Shown: in pieces, positions 37,401 to 49,594 of the stretch | Layout: every line of letters starts with the position of its first letter | Numbering within the stretch: the stretch's first letter is position 1 | Assembly (NCBI GenBank): GCA_009103225.1 | Contig: RHPI01002823.1 | Coordinates: forward strand, 845,797 to 909,796 | DNA: 64,000 bases | DNA from: Chlorokybus atmophyticus | Taxonomy: Eukaryota; Plantae; Mesostigma and Chlorokybus algae | Direction of reading: 5' to 3' | Position numbers and translations under genes: made by a program | The notes under the pieces: generated by a model | What the model was told of the DNA's origin: nothing | Database searches by the model: none | What the model saw: the letters and a program-made list of their open reading frames with translations, nothing else

Positions 37401-37476
37401 GCTGAGCACCATGGCAGCTGGCTATGGCGCTGAAGAAGGTCTGGATAGTGTTGTGCCCGGCTCCGACTCGTACTAA
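28434..37476 (+). CDS. GLT1: NADH-dependent glutamate synthase (NADH-GOGAT), plastid-targeted, fused alpha+beta subunits, with long C-terminal extension
   Basis: Ala-rich transit peptide then DACGVGF (catalytic N-terminal Cys); [13 protein letters not shown]; [18 protein letters not shown]; HNGEINT; QEPWDGPA; [13 protein letters not shown]; [10 protein letters not shown]; [13 protein letters not shown]; [19 protein letters not shown]; [15 protein letters not shown]; VVGSGPAG; [11 protein letters not shown]; [19 protein letters not shown]. Checked introns are GT-AG and in phase. Confidence 0.98.
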
Positions 37477-38165
37477 ATGCCCTCCGCTAAAACTGTAGAT
37501 TTATGCTCAGCGTGATTGTTGGTTAGTCTAGAGGGTAGCCAATGGGTGTTGTATATGTAATGCGCACCTGTTGAGATTGTATGCAAGTTTGTCAGCAAGT
37601 AAGGCCAGTTGGGACGCATAGCTGTATATATTGTGGCATATGCGAAGGTCAGTTGTAAAGGATTTTTGCGCTTGCGCTGTGATTTTCTTGCTGGATGCGA
37701 GGTGCTTTCTGCAAGTTTGCTCAGAGCTTGCTCTGTATCAGTCGTGACACGGATCTACATGGGCTCACGTGCAGGCACAACCACGCAGATGCAGCAACCA
37801 CAAGTGCCTGCCATGTCACTCTGTTGAAGGCAGTTTGGCAACAGAAGCGGCAGTCCTGACACATATTGATTTGGCTTGTTAAAGCGAATGCTTTCCGCAT
37901 GCGTGTTCTTGCAGGCACAGCCATACAGTTGCAGTTGCAACCACAAGTTGCTTGCCATGTCACATCGTTGCAGAATACAGGCTGGACAGAAGGAAGCCTC
38001 TACACGAAAACGATGAGGTAGGCGCACCTGCTACCTGCTCAGCAGCTTGTCCATGGAGTTTGCAGCACGGAAGCATACATGTCCACATAACAGAAGCGCT
38101 GATATATACACATGATATACACATATAGCCGGTGTGGTATCCCAACCCTACGCTGCCCTAGCACC

Positions 38166-39834
38166 TTACGCAACCTTCACTGGTAGCCGTATTGTGACCA
38201 CCGGGACGGCAGACTTCGACCTCATAATCATAAACGTCGACCTGACATCCACAGGGCTCCTTATCAGCATCGAATAATTGCAAGCACATAAACTGCCGCA
38301 TCGCGTCAGGCTTACCAAAAGATAGCGACCACATTGATGAAGAGTACGCGAAGCTCAAGCGGCATGAACTTGTAGTTGATGAAAGCCACGATAGGCCATA
38401 ACTGCCGACACATGAGGTTTCCTTCGGGTCAACAAGATATACACGACAAGAAATTACAAACATTGACGCTTGACATCGCACTCTTTTACAAATGTCACAC
38501 ATGGCTGGGTGCATCTGTAAGTATGTAAGTACCAACGTGCCATTACTGACTCACCCTCCAGCCATTCTTCTGTATGCCCGCATAATCAGACCTTATTTTG
38601 TTGCCAGTCTGCGACCAGCTGCGCCCTGCCACGCAACAAACGCATAACAGCATATCAGACAAAACCAAATGCTCAGTTATAACGACAGCTGTAACATGCG
38701 CGCAGCAACACACAACATGCAAACATGCGCGCATGGCCTCACCCTCTACAATTCTTGAAAGGTACGTCATCATCAAGAGGTTGCACAGCGGACCATATGT
38801 CAGCTGGTCTACCGCAACCTGCGCAACACGCATATGTACAAAGAGTGTGTGAGATGACAGTCAACAAAGACCGTGTGAATCTATGCACTGACCAAAGCAA
38901 CCACGCGCATAAAGCACCACAATGACATGTATACTTCAGGTGAGTGTGCATTCTGTTCTCTCTCTGACATCTCTATATTGTACAAGTGTAAACAGTGTCT
39001 AATGAGTTCAGTGCATTGATTCTACAGGCGCCTTCATTGCTACAACTGTACACACACGCGTGCGCGCGCACATATGCACGCAAGCAAGCATGCTCGCAGC
39101 TTTGCGCGTACCTTCTTGATGATGGTGCCAGTGTCAGTTTTACTTTTGCGCGCAGCGAACAGCCTTTCCAGCAGGCGGTGGAAGTAATGCGCGCTTGGGC
39201 CCGCATACACCAGACCCCACAACTGACATAGACGCATTCTATACGTTACAACACTGTTACATGCATATAAATGGGTTACGGCTATGCGTCAGACACGTAC
39301 AGCTCTTTTGAATATAAAAGTACACCAATGCTATATCAAAGTAACTCTTGCATCGACGCTATGTACAGTGCTGTTATGTCAAGTGCAGTAGGGTTGCTGC
39401 CGACGGTATGGAAGCTCATGCATGGAAATAGCCATTGCATTACTAGCCAGTTTTGCGAGCTCAGCAATAACTCTGACTATTGATGATCCTTGTTGACTTG
39501 CTTTTGATCACCTGCTACTGACATGCAACTTCATCCTACAGCACAGGGAGGCTTCAAAAAAAACAAGAAGCAATGCATTCGTACAGAACGATATGTATAC
39601 ATGACTGTGGAATGGTGAGATCTACCCGGTATCGTGTCTCAAGTGTGTCCCATGTAATTACATTTATACCGCCATGAGGAGGGGTTTGCGGGTATCATAC
39701 GGGGCGCTCCTGGGCTTGGACAGGCGCTGGGCGATGAGGTCCGCGGCGGCGGCCAGCAATGCCGCCGTCACCGCCTTCGTCCGGAGAGGTCTCCTCTCCA
39801 GCTCCCGGAGGTACGCCGACCCCCACCCCGCCAT
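38166..39834 (-). CDS. PMP22: Mpv17/PMP22-family membrane protein (peroxisomal PMP22-like)
   Basis: Exons MAGWGSAYLRELERRPLRTKAVTA..ADLIAQRL / LWGLVYAGPSAHYFHRLLERLF / VAVDQLTYGPLCNLLMMTY / RSW..KIRSDYAGIQKNGWR / LWPIVAFINYKFMPLELRVLFINVVAIFW / STFMIMRSK...VA*. Confidence 0.88.
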
Positions 39835-40139
39835 CCCCGCCGCTAACGCCGCCGCCCACGCCTGATCTCGCAGTCTAGGGTCTAGGGTCTGGCAAATTGG
39901 GTCCAGGGCCCCAACCGACTTGACAACCCCCAGCAGTTTTCAAAGGCCCCGATTCAGGGCCCCAGTTAGGGTCCGGTTGTGGGACCTTAAGAGCGCTTTG
40001 GGACCTGCATGATGGGCTGCATTGTGGAGTGCTGCTAACGTTAACGTTAGCGGTGGCGGAGGCGGCGGTTGTGCAGGAGCACGAGGAGCATAAGCAGGAG
40101 CAGGAGGAGGAGGAGGAGGAGGAGGAGACAAGTAAGGCG
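39835..40139. promoter_or_regulatory. Compact bidirectional promoter between PMP22-like (-) and EEF1AKMT2-like (+)
   Basis: Start codons are ~305 bp apart head-to-head; repeated GGCCCC and TAGGGTC motifs; (GAG)n leader. Confidence 0.6.
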
Positions 40140-42006
40140 ATGGAGGACGCCTCAGATGTTGAAGACCGCCACGAGGACACGCCTAGTGACGACGAGCCGG
40201 AGTGAGCGGCCGTTCCCAGCCATGCGTGAATGACAGGCACAACGGACACGCAAGAGCAGATACTAGTATGCATAATTCACGCACCGTATTGTTGTTCAAC
40301 CGTGTGCAAAAGAGTGTTGCATTGCCATAGACTGCATGCATGCCTAGTGCGAATAAGCGGGTATAAGCATACGACGACCGATGTCAAAGCACACAAGACA
40401 AACACGCAACGGTAAACACAATGCACTGCATAAAAATGATCACAGCCCGAGTAATAACGCACTCAGCACTCACAACAACAACAACAGCAACAACAACACC
40501 TATGAAAGATGACCTACCAAACAGGTGCACGCTTGGGCTGCAGTCGCACTGGGATGCCGTGTACTCGCGCGAACTGCAGCAGTTTCAAGAACGTGGAGAC
40601 CCTGGCGAAAACTGGTGCGACCATGTACACACTTACAGAATGTCACACTAACGCTCATTGTGAATGTGTTACTTTTATATGTGTGTGTGAGTTGGCTGAT
40701 ACGCTTCTCTCGCGCACGCACACATGCATGCGCATATGGCGTGCGTTTGTGCACGTGGGTGCGTTTGTCTGCACGCGTGCAAGTTCTGGCGCGCGCGTGT
40801 GTCCATGCATGTGTGTGTGCGTGTGCACGCGTGTGTCTATATGTATATGCGTCCGTGTGCATGCATGCGTGTGTGCGCGCGTGCACGTGTTTATACGTTC
40901 TTGTATAGCTCAAAAACGCAAACCCAACACTAGTTGGCGGGCAGGTTTGGTGATGATGTCACGGAGACAGTCGCAGACTGGTGCGCACGTCTCATGAGAG
41001 AGACACAAAAAGTCCAGGAGCTATCCGTCGTGCGCACGCTTGATGTCGGTGCCGGCAATGGCGCCCTCCTCCTCGCACTCTTTCGACGCGGGTACACAAT
41101 GCGTACTTTTCATGTTCTGTTCTGTGAATGTGTGCGTGTGCTTATCAACACTTTTGGTCTGATACAGATTTGCCAAACTCACTGGGACAGACTATAGCAA
41201 GGCAGGCGTGGAGCTCGCGCGCTGTCACATTGCCGGGGCTTCATCACAGTCAGAACCACCAACAAAGCTGCTGGTAATAAGTGCCACAATTATTCTATCC
41301 TGTCATATTGTGGCATATCAATTCATCCCACCAAGCCGCTGGCGTGCCTTTCATTACTCAATATGCTGTCTTTTTCTCCCTCCTTATGTTGATAGCTTAC
41401 CTTAGGTAGATGACGTGCTTAATACATCGCTTGAGGAGGGCGCCTTTGACCTCATCACTGACAAAGGCACGCTTGACGCCATCGGCTTGCACCCGCAAGA
41501 GGCAACAGTAAGAAGGTGAGCAATTGACAGAATGTCATACTTGCAATATCAACTCGCCAATCCTCTGATTGGCGAATTGGCAATCATTATGTTAATTCAT
41601 GCCAGTTGGTTGCAACGGGTACAACTCAAGTATAGATCTCAGATATAGATTGTGTGTTGCAGGCGGCAGTACCGCACTGCAGTTCACAGGCTATTAGCGC
41701 CGAGCGGCTTACTGGTAATGACCATATATAAACTGCACAGTTGTGCATGGTGTGACATGCATACTTGCTGGCATGCACATGTCACAGTTGATACATTCCC
41801 GGTCAATCCAACCTATAGTTTGATTGAGGCCACATGCGCAGGTGATAACGTCTTGCAACAGCACTTGGCAAGAGTTGCGAGCTGAGTATGAGGTCGAGGG
41901 CGACAGCGGGTTCCAGTATATGGACCACGTGCGCACGTACCCGACGTTCAAGTTTGGAGGGCACGAAGGAACGAGAGTCAGTACGATAGCTTTGCGAAAA
42001 CGCTGA
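40140..42006 (+). CDS. EEF1AKMT2: eEF1A lysine methyltransferase (EEF1AKMT2/METTL10/Efm4-like), spliced
   Basis: LGLQSHWDAVYSRELQQFQERGDPGENWFG; LDVGAGNGALLLAL; LTGTDYS; FDLITDKGTLDAIGL; LVITSCNST; HVRTYPTFKFGGHEGTRVSTIAL. Confidence 0.88.
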
Positions 42007-42297
42007 TACTTACATGACACGCATGTCTTAGCTGGTCAACAGACGTCGTCATCAAAGCACTTTGGTTGACAAGTTGATGCAGTGCTGTGTCTGCAACATG
42101 CCATTTTGTGCTTCGCTCTGTCATGCAACTTGTGTGAGATGCACATGGCTCCGTTGTCGACTGAGCATTTGACAGCCATATAACCAAAGCACAGCGCGAC
42201 ATGCAAAGCTCCATTGTAAGCTTCAACTAAATTGAAATAAACTGCACTGTACATACTGTATACACATGCTGAACTTGCAACAGAAACTCAATGATAG

Positions 42298-45200
42298 CTA
42301 CTCTTCGTTGCTCATTTCATACTCCGAGGCTGCGTCCTCACGCTCAGCATCATCACTGTCACTGACCTCCACATACTTCTTTAATGCGGCGCGCCTTGGC
42401 CGCGAACCGCCTGCAGCCACTACTGGCGCAGAGTCTGTGAGGTCCGTGATGCCGGAACTCTGCGTTACCTGCACAGAGTCAGGTGTGTGTAAGAAGTTAC
42501 CCTTTTCTGATTTCTTGACACACAACAGTCGCGAGTGTGGTCACCTTGGATGAGGCTTTCTTTCCTGCTGCTGGCTGCGCCTTCAGTTTTAGGGCCAAGG
42601 CCTTGATGGGAGCCTTCTTAGCTGTGAGCAAAGCATACACAACATGAAACTCGGCTTGCGTGTGTGCATGCGCACGGCAGGGCAAGCTGAGTTCAATGAA
42701 GCACTCATACAAGTTCACCTGCGGGCTTGCTGCTGCCGCCGGCATAGTCAAGAGTGTTGTCGCTGCTGACGTTCGCATCGTTCAGATCCACATCGCTGTC
42801 GGTCAAAGATACAGCTTGTGCACGCGCGGGCTGCTTCTTGGCCCTGGGCTTGGGAGCAGCCTTCACTGGGACTGAAAGAACCACAGCATTGTCAGCCGCA
42901 AGCAGTGCTGGGAGAGTTTCATGCAGCTGCAGTCAGCGCGAACAAGCTCACGATCTACACGCGTGTCTGAAACTCTTGACAGATTGAGAACTGCATCCTT
43001 CAACCCGTTAACTATAACCCACGAGAATCATCATTGCCCTCAAGGGGCTGGTGATCGTCACATAGTCACAACTGAATGGTAAGAAACGCTTTTACCTGCA
43101 TGCGCAGTGACCTCCGACTCCTCTTCGCTATCTACTGTGAGCGCAGCTGTCTTCTTTGCACGCGGTTTCCGCACTGGTGCCTTCTTTACCGGCTCAACCG
43201 ATGACGCTGTTGCCGGTGCCATCACAGGTGCAGCTGGCTGTTGCACGGTTGTTGACGATTGCGCTTGTTTCAGGCTGAGGCGAGCCAGCAAAGACAGCGT
43301 CCCGTCCTCATCGCTGTCATCCAAATCAACAGGAGCCGAGGCCGTGATGGTGCTTGGAGCCTCGCCCGGCACTAGACTTGTGGCTGCTTTGGACTTGAGA
43401 AGTCTGCGCTTGGGAGCTGCACACAGCATCAGGTACGCATTAATGCACCAGTGCTTGTTGTTGCCGGGGGAAGAGGCAACAGTGTTATCACCGTTACCTG
43501 CGGCTGTGGAAGGAGCAGGCTCGGGAGCAGGCACGCTCGGTGGTGGTGCGGCTGCAGCTTGTGGCTGAGGCTTTGGTTTTACAGGCGCTTTGTCTGGTAG
43601 TCAAACATCAGCTGCTTAGACCCTCTTTTGATGCGCTATGTTTGTGTGTTGGGCTGATGCACAGCACAATTTACTTACTTGGTGCAGCGAAGTCGTCATC
43701 GGAGACCATGTCAACTGCTGTGTTCTTGGCGGGGGCAGTCTTCTTCGGCGCTCGGGGTTTCGCAGCGATGCTCTTTGCTCCAGCTCCACCCGCCTTGGCT
43801 TGCTGAACAGCGAGACGGGCTGCATCATCAGCATCCTGCGCGTCCTGTCCATCCAAAGCTACCATGAAGGCGTCCAAGTCCTGAGTCCACATCTGCTTCG
43901 ACGTGGTTGCCTGCAGGGAAGGACAGCAGCGGAGTTAGCAAGCTGCCTGTATATGCACTGCCTTCTGTTGATGTGCATCAGACATGTCCGGACAACTTAT
44001 AACACACAGTTCACAAAGCAGTGGCACACATGCCATTGTGCCAAAACATACACGCGAACACACCTGAAGCAATGCCAATTCGCCTTCCACCTGTTCCTTC
44101 TGCTTCAATAGCTCTGCAACCTGCAGGACCCAGCACATTCAAGTAATCATCACAGGGCCTTTACCTCACCATCCCATTTACCTCCTTCCTGGCTGCCTGG
44201 TTCATGCAGTCGCATACCTTTTCATGCGTAAGGCTCCAAAGTGGCATTGACAGCAGATAGTCATAGTCCGCCCTGCCTCCCGCAGCTTCAGATGACTCCT
44301 CACCATCCACGCTGTCTGCATCGTCTTCGCCTTCTGCTGCAGCTGCAATATTTTTCGCGGTCTGCTGCTTGGGGAACGGGTCAAACTTGCGCTGTTTGAG
44401 CTCTTTCAGGAGCTCCTCCTTCTTGCGGTTGCGGATCTCGAGCTCTTTCTGTACCACGGCCAGAATGAACCGGACACGGTTGTCCAGCTTGCGAAGCTCC
44501 TCCTGCTTTGCGGCTTCTAAAGACGCCTACACAAGGCACAAGAGTTTAATGTGTGTTTTCTATGCGTGTTAGTTTAAACATGCAAGATGACATTGGTATG
44601 AACAGACCTCATGCCACGCATGGCACCCTTACCTTTCGCATGTTGTAGTATTCAAGGCGCAGTGTGTAAAACTCTTTGATCACTGCAGGCGCACACTTTG
44701 TCACCAACACAACACAAACTCTGTGTCCACTCTTATTTTCAAGGTAAGCGTCTCAAGAAGTGGCACCTTAAGTCACTCACCATCAAGTGGTGAGTCGTAC
44801 TTGGCAATCTTGCCCTGAGCATTGAACAAGTGCATGTTGGAGAGGGAGATGGAAGTCGTGAGCTTGAATTTTTTCTCCAAGCCTGTGGCAAGTGCGGCCG
44901 TCATGCCCTCTTCGGACAACGTGACCGTGAAGCGAACGTTGACATCCGTGTGATGCTCCTTGAAGTCCCGGACAATGCCATCTTCTGGGTTCTTCAGCAG
45001 AGCAGACCCAACCAGCATAGACTCCAAGAACTCCTTGTAGTCCTGTTAACCAAGAGTGGAGTGGGTTAGTACTTGAGGAATCTGTGCATGACCCATGACA
45101 ATGTCAGAAACATTACACTTGCCTGTGTCCACTTGCGCAGCGGGAGCTCGCTGATTTCCAATGTGACGTCATCCAGCTGCTTGATGGCTCCAGCCACAGT

Positions 45201-48200
45201 GTACGCCATGCCCTCTTTGCCAGGAGTGGGGCTGATGCTCCCCTGTTCAACAGACGTGCCATAAACCACACGCACGAGAGCAATGACTTGAAGTCTTACA
45301 GCCTGCACTTACCGTAAAGCCCCGGTACCAGGGGTGTATCTCCTCCTGTGGTCTGCCTTCCAGCAGGTTCTTGATGTTACGCACGAGGTCTCTCGGGTTG
45401 AAGTTTGGCACAAAAGTGGACCACCCTGTCCCAATGCCCTCTGCACCGTTCACCAGCACCAGTGGCACAACTGGAACATACCTGTTTCGCATTTAAGACA
45501 TTGAGAGTGCTGCGTCTGTACTTATGACAGCTCATCCCCATGCACTTACCAGGAGGGCTCCACTTGCTGGCCATCATCCTGTAGGTAGTAGAGAAGGGGG
45601 TCATCCTGCTGCGGGATGAGCGCACGCGCAAGTGGGCTCAGCCTGGTGTAGATGTATCGGGGTGACGCAGCATCCTTGCCTCCCTGAAGCCTCGTGCCAA
45701 ACTGACCTGTGTTGCGTAAACACGCTTTATAAAGTTGCACTGCTCTCTCAAGTCAACATATCTGCAAATGGTAATTATACCTGAAGGCACAAGCAGGTTG
45801 ATGTTGTTGGCGCCAATGTAGTCCTGGGCGAGACCCACAATGGTGCCAGCAAGGCTCACTTCGCCATGATGGTAGGCTGACTGTTCCGCCACGTAGCCGG
45901 CGAGCTGGGCGACCTTGATGTCCTTCTTGAGGTTGCGCTTGAAGCAGGAGAAGACGATCTTGCGCTGACCCGGCTTGAACCCGTCCACCATGGAGGGGAT
46001 GGACCTCTCAAGGTCCGCCAGGGAGAAGAGAATGAGCTCCTTGTTGACAAACTCCACATACCGCACGCCGCCATCTTCTGTCGCATGGTCACGGTGCGTG
46101 CCAGGCTCTACGTCCTTCAGCCACGACTTGCGCTGCTCGGCCTTCTTTTTGCTGAATGCCAAGTCAATGGCAGCATCATCGTGCTCATCGACGTAAAAGA
46201 ACGACTTGCGATGCCTGGCCAGGGCAGCAAAGTATTCCTTTGCTTCCGCCTGTGTCGATGTTCCAAGACCCTTATAGTACTTGATCTGCCAGGCTTTGCC
46301 AGGGTTTTGCTCACGCCAGGCATCGTACTGGGGAACCGTGTAGAAGGGGATGGACTGGTTGCCTTTTGTTGCTTTCACAATGGGCGTGATGAACTCCAAC
46401 AAGAACCCTGGGATGCGGAGAAGAGACGGCCAGAAGGTGTGCAAGAAGTTGATGAGAAGGCCCTTGATGTGCGAACCATCGTGATCTTGATCAGTCATGA
46501 TCATGAGGCTGCCGTAACGCAGGCTCTTGCGGTCCGTGTACACCTTGTCGTGCTGCAGGCCGAGAATCTGTTTGATGGCGGAGATCTCAGCGTTGTCCAT
46601 GATCTGCTTGTGGCTCGCCTCTCGAACATTGAGGAGCTTGCCTCGCAGCGGGAACACGCCGTAACGGTCTCGGCCCACAACTGACAGTCCAGACACTGCC
46701 AGCGACTTGGCTGAGTCGCCCTCAGTGAGGATCAGAGTGCACGTCTCCGCATTCCTCCCCCCAGCATCGTTGGCATCATCCAACTTTGCAATGCCAGTCA
46801 AGCGACCTGATCGCTTGTTGCCGTCAGTCTTCTTAAGCTCCTTTGACTGTTTGAACGTGGCCCAGGAAAGGACCGCCTCAACCACACCGCACTTCAGCAC
46901 CTTCTTCAGAAACTCTTCCGTCAACGGGCAAGAGGATCCGAATGATGAGGCCTTTGTGGTAAGGGTCTCTTTGGTCTGAGAGTCAAATGCTGGATTCTCC
47001 ACCAGTGCATTAACAAACACCCACAAGTGGCCTTTCACTTGAAAGGGTTTTATTGTGCCAGCGTTCTTGTCCTTCTTCTTCACTGCAGTAAGAACCTGCA
47101 GATAGGAGGCATAGCTTGTGTTGGTCATGCCATGTGTTCGCGTGCTTGTGCGCGTGTGTGATGCCCAGAATCTTTTCAGCGCGAGACACATATGGTTGCA
47201 CTCTCCAACAAGACGCACCTTCTCAATAACTTGATCAGTGACGTGATTGACATGCGTCCCGCCCTTCAATGTGGCAATGCTGTTGACAAAGCTTACCTGC
47301 AGGGCATGCCCGGTTTATGTTGACGGCAGGCACTTCATGAGCACAACACTCTTCTAGGTCATAATTGCTTACACAAAGGACACCGCACTGACCTGACAAA
47401 ACTGCCCATCGCTGTTGGTCACGCACACCTCCCACCTATTGTTCACTCGCTCGTACACCCTATGCTGCTCCTTGCCTGCCGGACACACACTGCATCCTGT
47501 TACACATGCGCAAAGGCAATGATAGCACGTGCAGAGGACACCCACCTATGTACAAGTCAATGTAGTCAGAAAATGACTTGACGGGAACACACTCGCCGTT
47601 GAGGAAGACCTTGACGGTCTTGCCAAGGCAGCCAGCTGTGTCGACAACACGCTTTTCCATCAATGCCACAGTGTCAGCCTCCAGCTCCGTCATGCCAAAC
47701 TTTGCGAGGTCGGGCTTGAATGAGATGCATGTGAAGTCTTCTCCAGCCTTGCAGGCGGTGATCGCAGGGTCTGTCTTGCGGCTCATGTTGTCATTAAACA
47801 CTTGCCTGTATAATTGTGTAATGCATTTGTTAGGAAACTCCTCATTGCACAGGCTTAAGCTTGCAACACTTACCTGTATTTGCGACCGCGCTTGCTGTCT
47901 GAAGATTCCACAATAAACTCTGTGGAAAAGATGTTGGCCAATTTGGCACCGTAGCCATTTCGACCGCCTGTGGTCTTCCTCTCGCTGTCATTGTAGTTTG
48001 ATGACGTTAAAAGATGGCCAAAGATCATCTCCGGGACGTAAACCTTCTCCTCCGCATGCATCTGCTCGCATAGCAAGGAGCTATCAGGAAAGGACGCTGC
48101 AAGTTGCACTCCAAGCAAGATCGACAAGACGGACACATGCATTACCTCAACTGGGACTCCTGCTCCATTGTTCCAGACCTTGATCGTTCCTGCTTGTGCA

Positions 48201-48714
48201 TTGATGTCTACCTGTCCAGCACACAGCAGTTGAAGACATGTTGCCATAAAGGCTGCAAGCACAAACTGACTTTTGCGTTTGCGCGCACCTTGAGCGTATC
48301 CATGGTGTTGTCTCGCTGCTTGTTGTCGGCGGCATTAACAAGTATTTCATCAAAGATCTTGTAAAGACCTGGCACGTAAGTCACAGGCCTTGCTTCCATC
48401 TGGTAGGACATTGCACTCTTTACCCATAGCACCGCCGTTTGCTTCTCCACACTTCCAACGTAACTGGGAGAGAACGAAAGCCATCAGGGCAAGCAGAGAT
48501 GCTGCACAGTGCTCACTGCACCAGAGGAGTTGGGTTGATGCTTCAACAACAATGCTTACGTGTCTGGTCGCAGCAGGATGTGCTCGAGCTGCGTCTTCTT
48601 GACATAAGTCTCCTCGATGGTGCGCTCTCCCGCCGCCGCTGACGTATGGTTGCTCACCTTCAGTGGAGCGGCTGCTGACTTCTTCTTGGCGGCTGCCACA
48701 CTCTGCTGGCCCAT
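42298..48714 (-). CDS. TOP2: DNA topoisomerase II, spliced
   Basis: KKTQLEHILLRPDTY; PGLYKIFDEILVNAADNK; FGHLLTSSNYND; GGRNGYGAK; FVNSIATLKGGTHV; LILTEGDSAK; FPLRGKLLNV; IMTDQDHDGSHIKG; KYYKGLGTS; DGFKPGQRK; YHHGEVSL; GGKDAASPRYI; LVNGAEGIGTGWST; YLLSMPLWSLT; acidic/basic C-terminal tail, stop 42298-42300. Confidence 0.98.
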
Positions 48715-48984
48715 ACCAAAACACATACGCAGTCAAGACAATCCCGTCCTCCTCAACTTACGCGTTTGAATCTTTTCGACAACGTTTATACAAGCGGTCT
48801 ACGAGTTGAAAGCATACAAAACATGCACGCATACTCAACAACATCACATTACTACTTGACGCAGCCACTGCCCACTGACCTTGGCACCAGCTTGTGGCAG
48901 CTGGTTCTCCTGGCCAAGCGCCGCCATTGCTCCCGAAGCAAGGCGCTCTTTGAAAGTAGCTTGCCTAATCTACTTCTACCCTTA

Positions 48985-49088
48985 CCCCCACCCCCTCCCC
49001 CACCCGCTCCCCGCCGTCGCCGCCGCCGTCGCCAAACCCTAACGGCTCTGCTGCACAGTTCAAACATTCAACTGGGGAAGGCGGGAAA
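48985..49088 (-). promoter_or_regulatory. TOP2 upstream region: E2F site, telo-box, G-quadruplex-forming tract
   Basis: TTTCCCGC on minus (49088-49081); AAACCCTAA 49034-49042; five G-runs on minus at 49012-48985. Confidence 0.6.
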
Positions 49089-49594
49089 GCGTCGATGTCA
49101 ATACTGGCCAGAATTACAGCACAGCCACAGATTATCTGCGCTTAACGGGATATCCGAACCATTCGTTGAAAAATAAGACTTGAGCAACAATATCTGCTTC
49201 TGCAACATGCCGCCAGCTGGCAATAGTGCCACGTGGCGGCAGGTTGTCGTCGCAGGCGGCGGCGGCGCCGAAGACGAAGGGCAAGCCCTTAAGCAAGTGT
49301 TGTGCTTGTCACCATGCATTTCGTCGCGGCATACTTTGTTCCTTTTGTCCATGATAGTCGCTGCTGTGAGTAGCTAGTAGGTCCGTCGCTGGGCATTTGC
49401 GCGCTTGTCGTTGATGTCCTTGTCGACATGCTGCTTGTTGTCATGTGTCATATGTTGTCTTTTGTTCGCGAGCAGTTGAGTACGTACACACTAGCCATGA
49501 TGTCTCCTCTGACTCTACAAGCATTTCACTGAAACAAGCACACCCACCGCTGATAGTTGCTCTTGGACAGCTGGCTGATGTTGGATTAGATTTC

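Noticed and set aside
36740-37405. Unspliced read-through C-terminus of GOGAT suggested by the ORF track
   Set aside because: It crosses strong donor and acceptor sites and gives intron-like composition; the spliced model is better supported.
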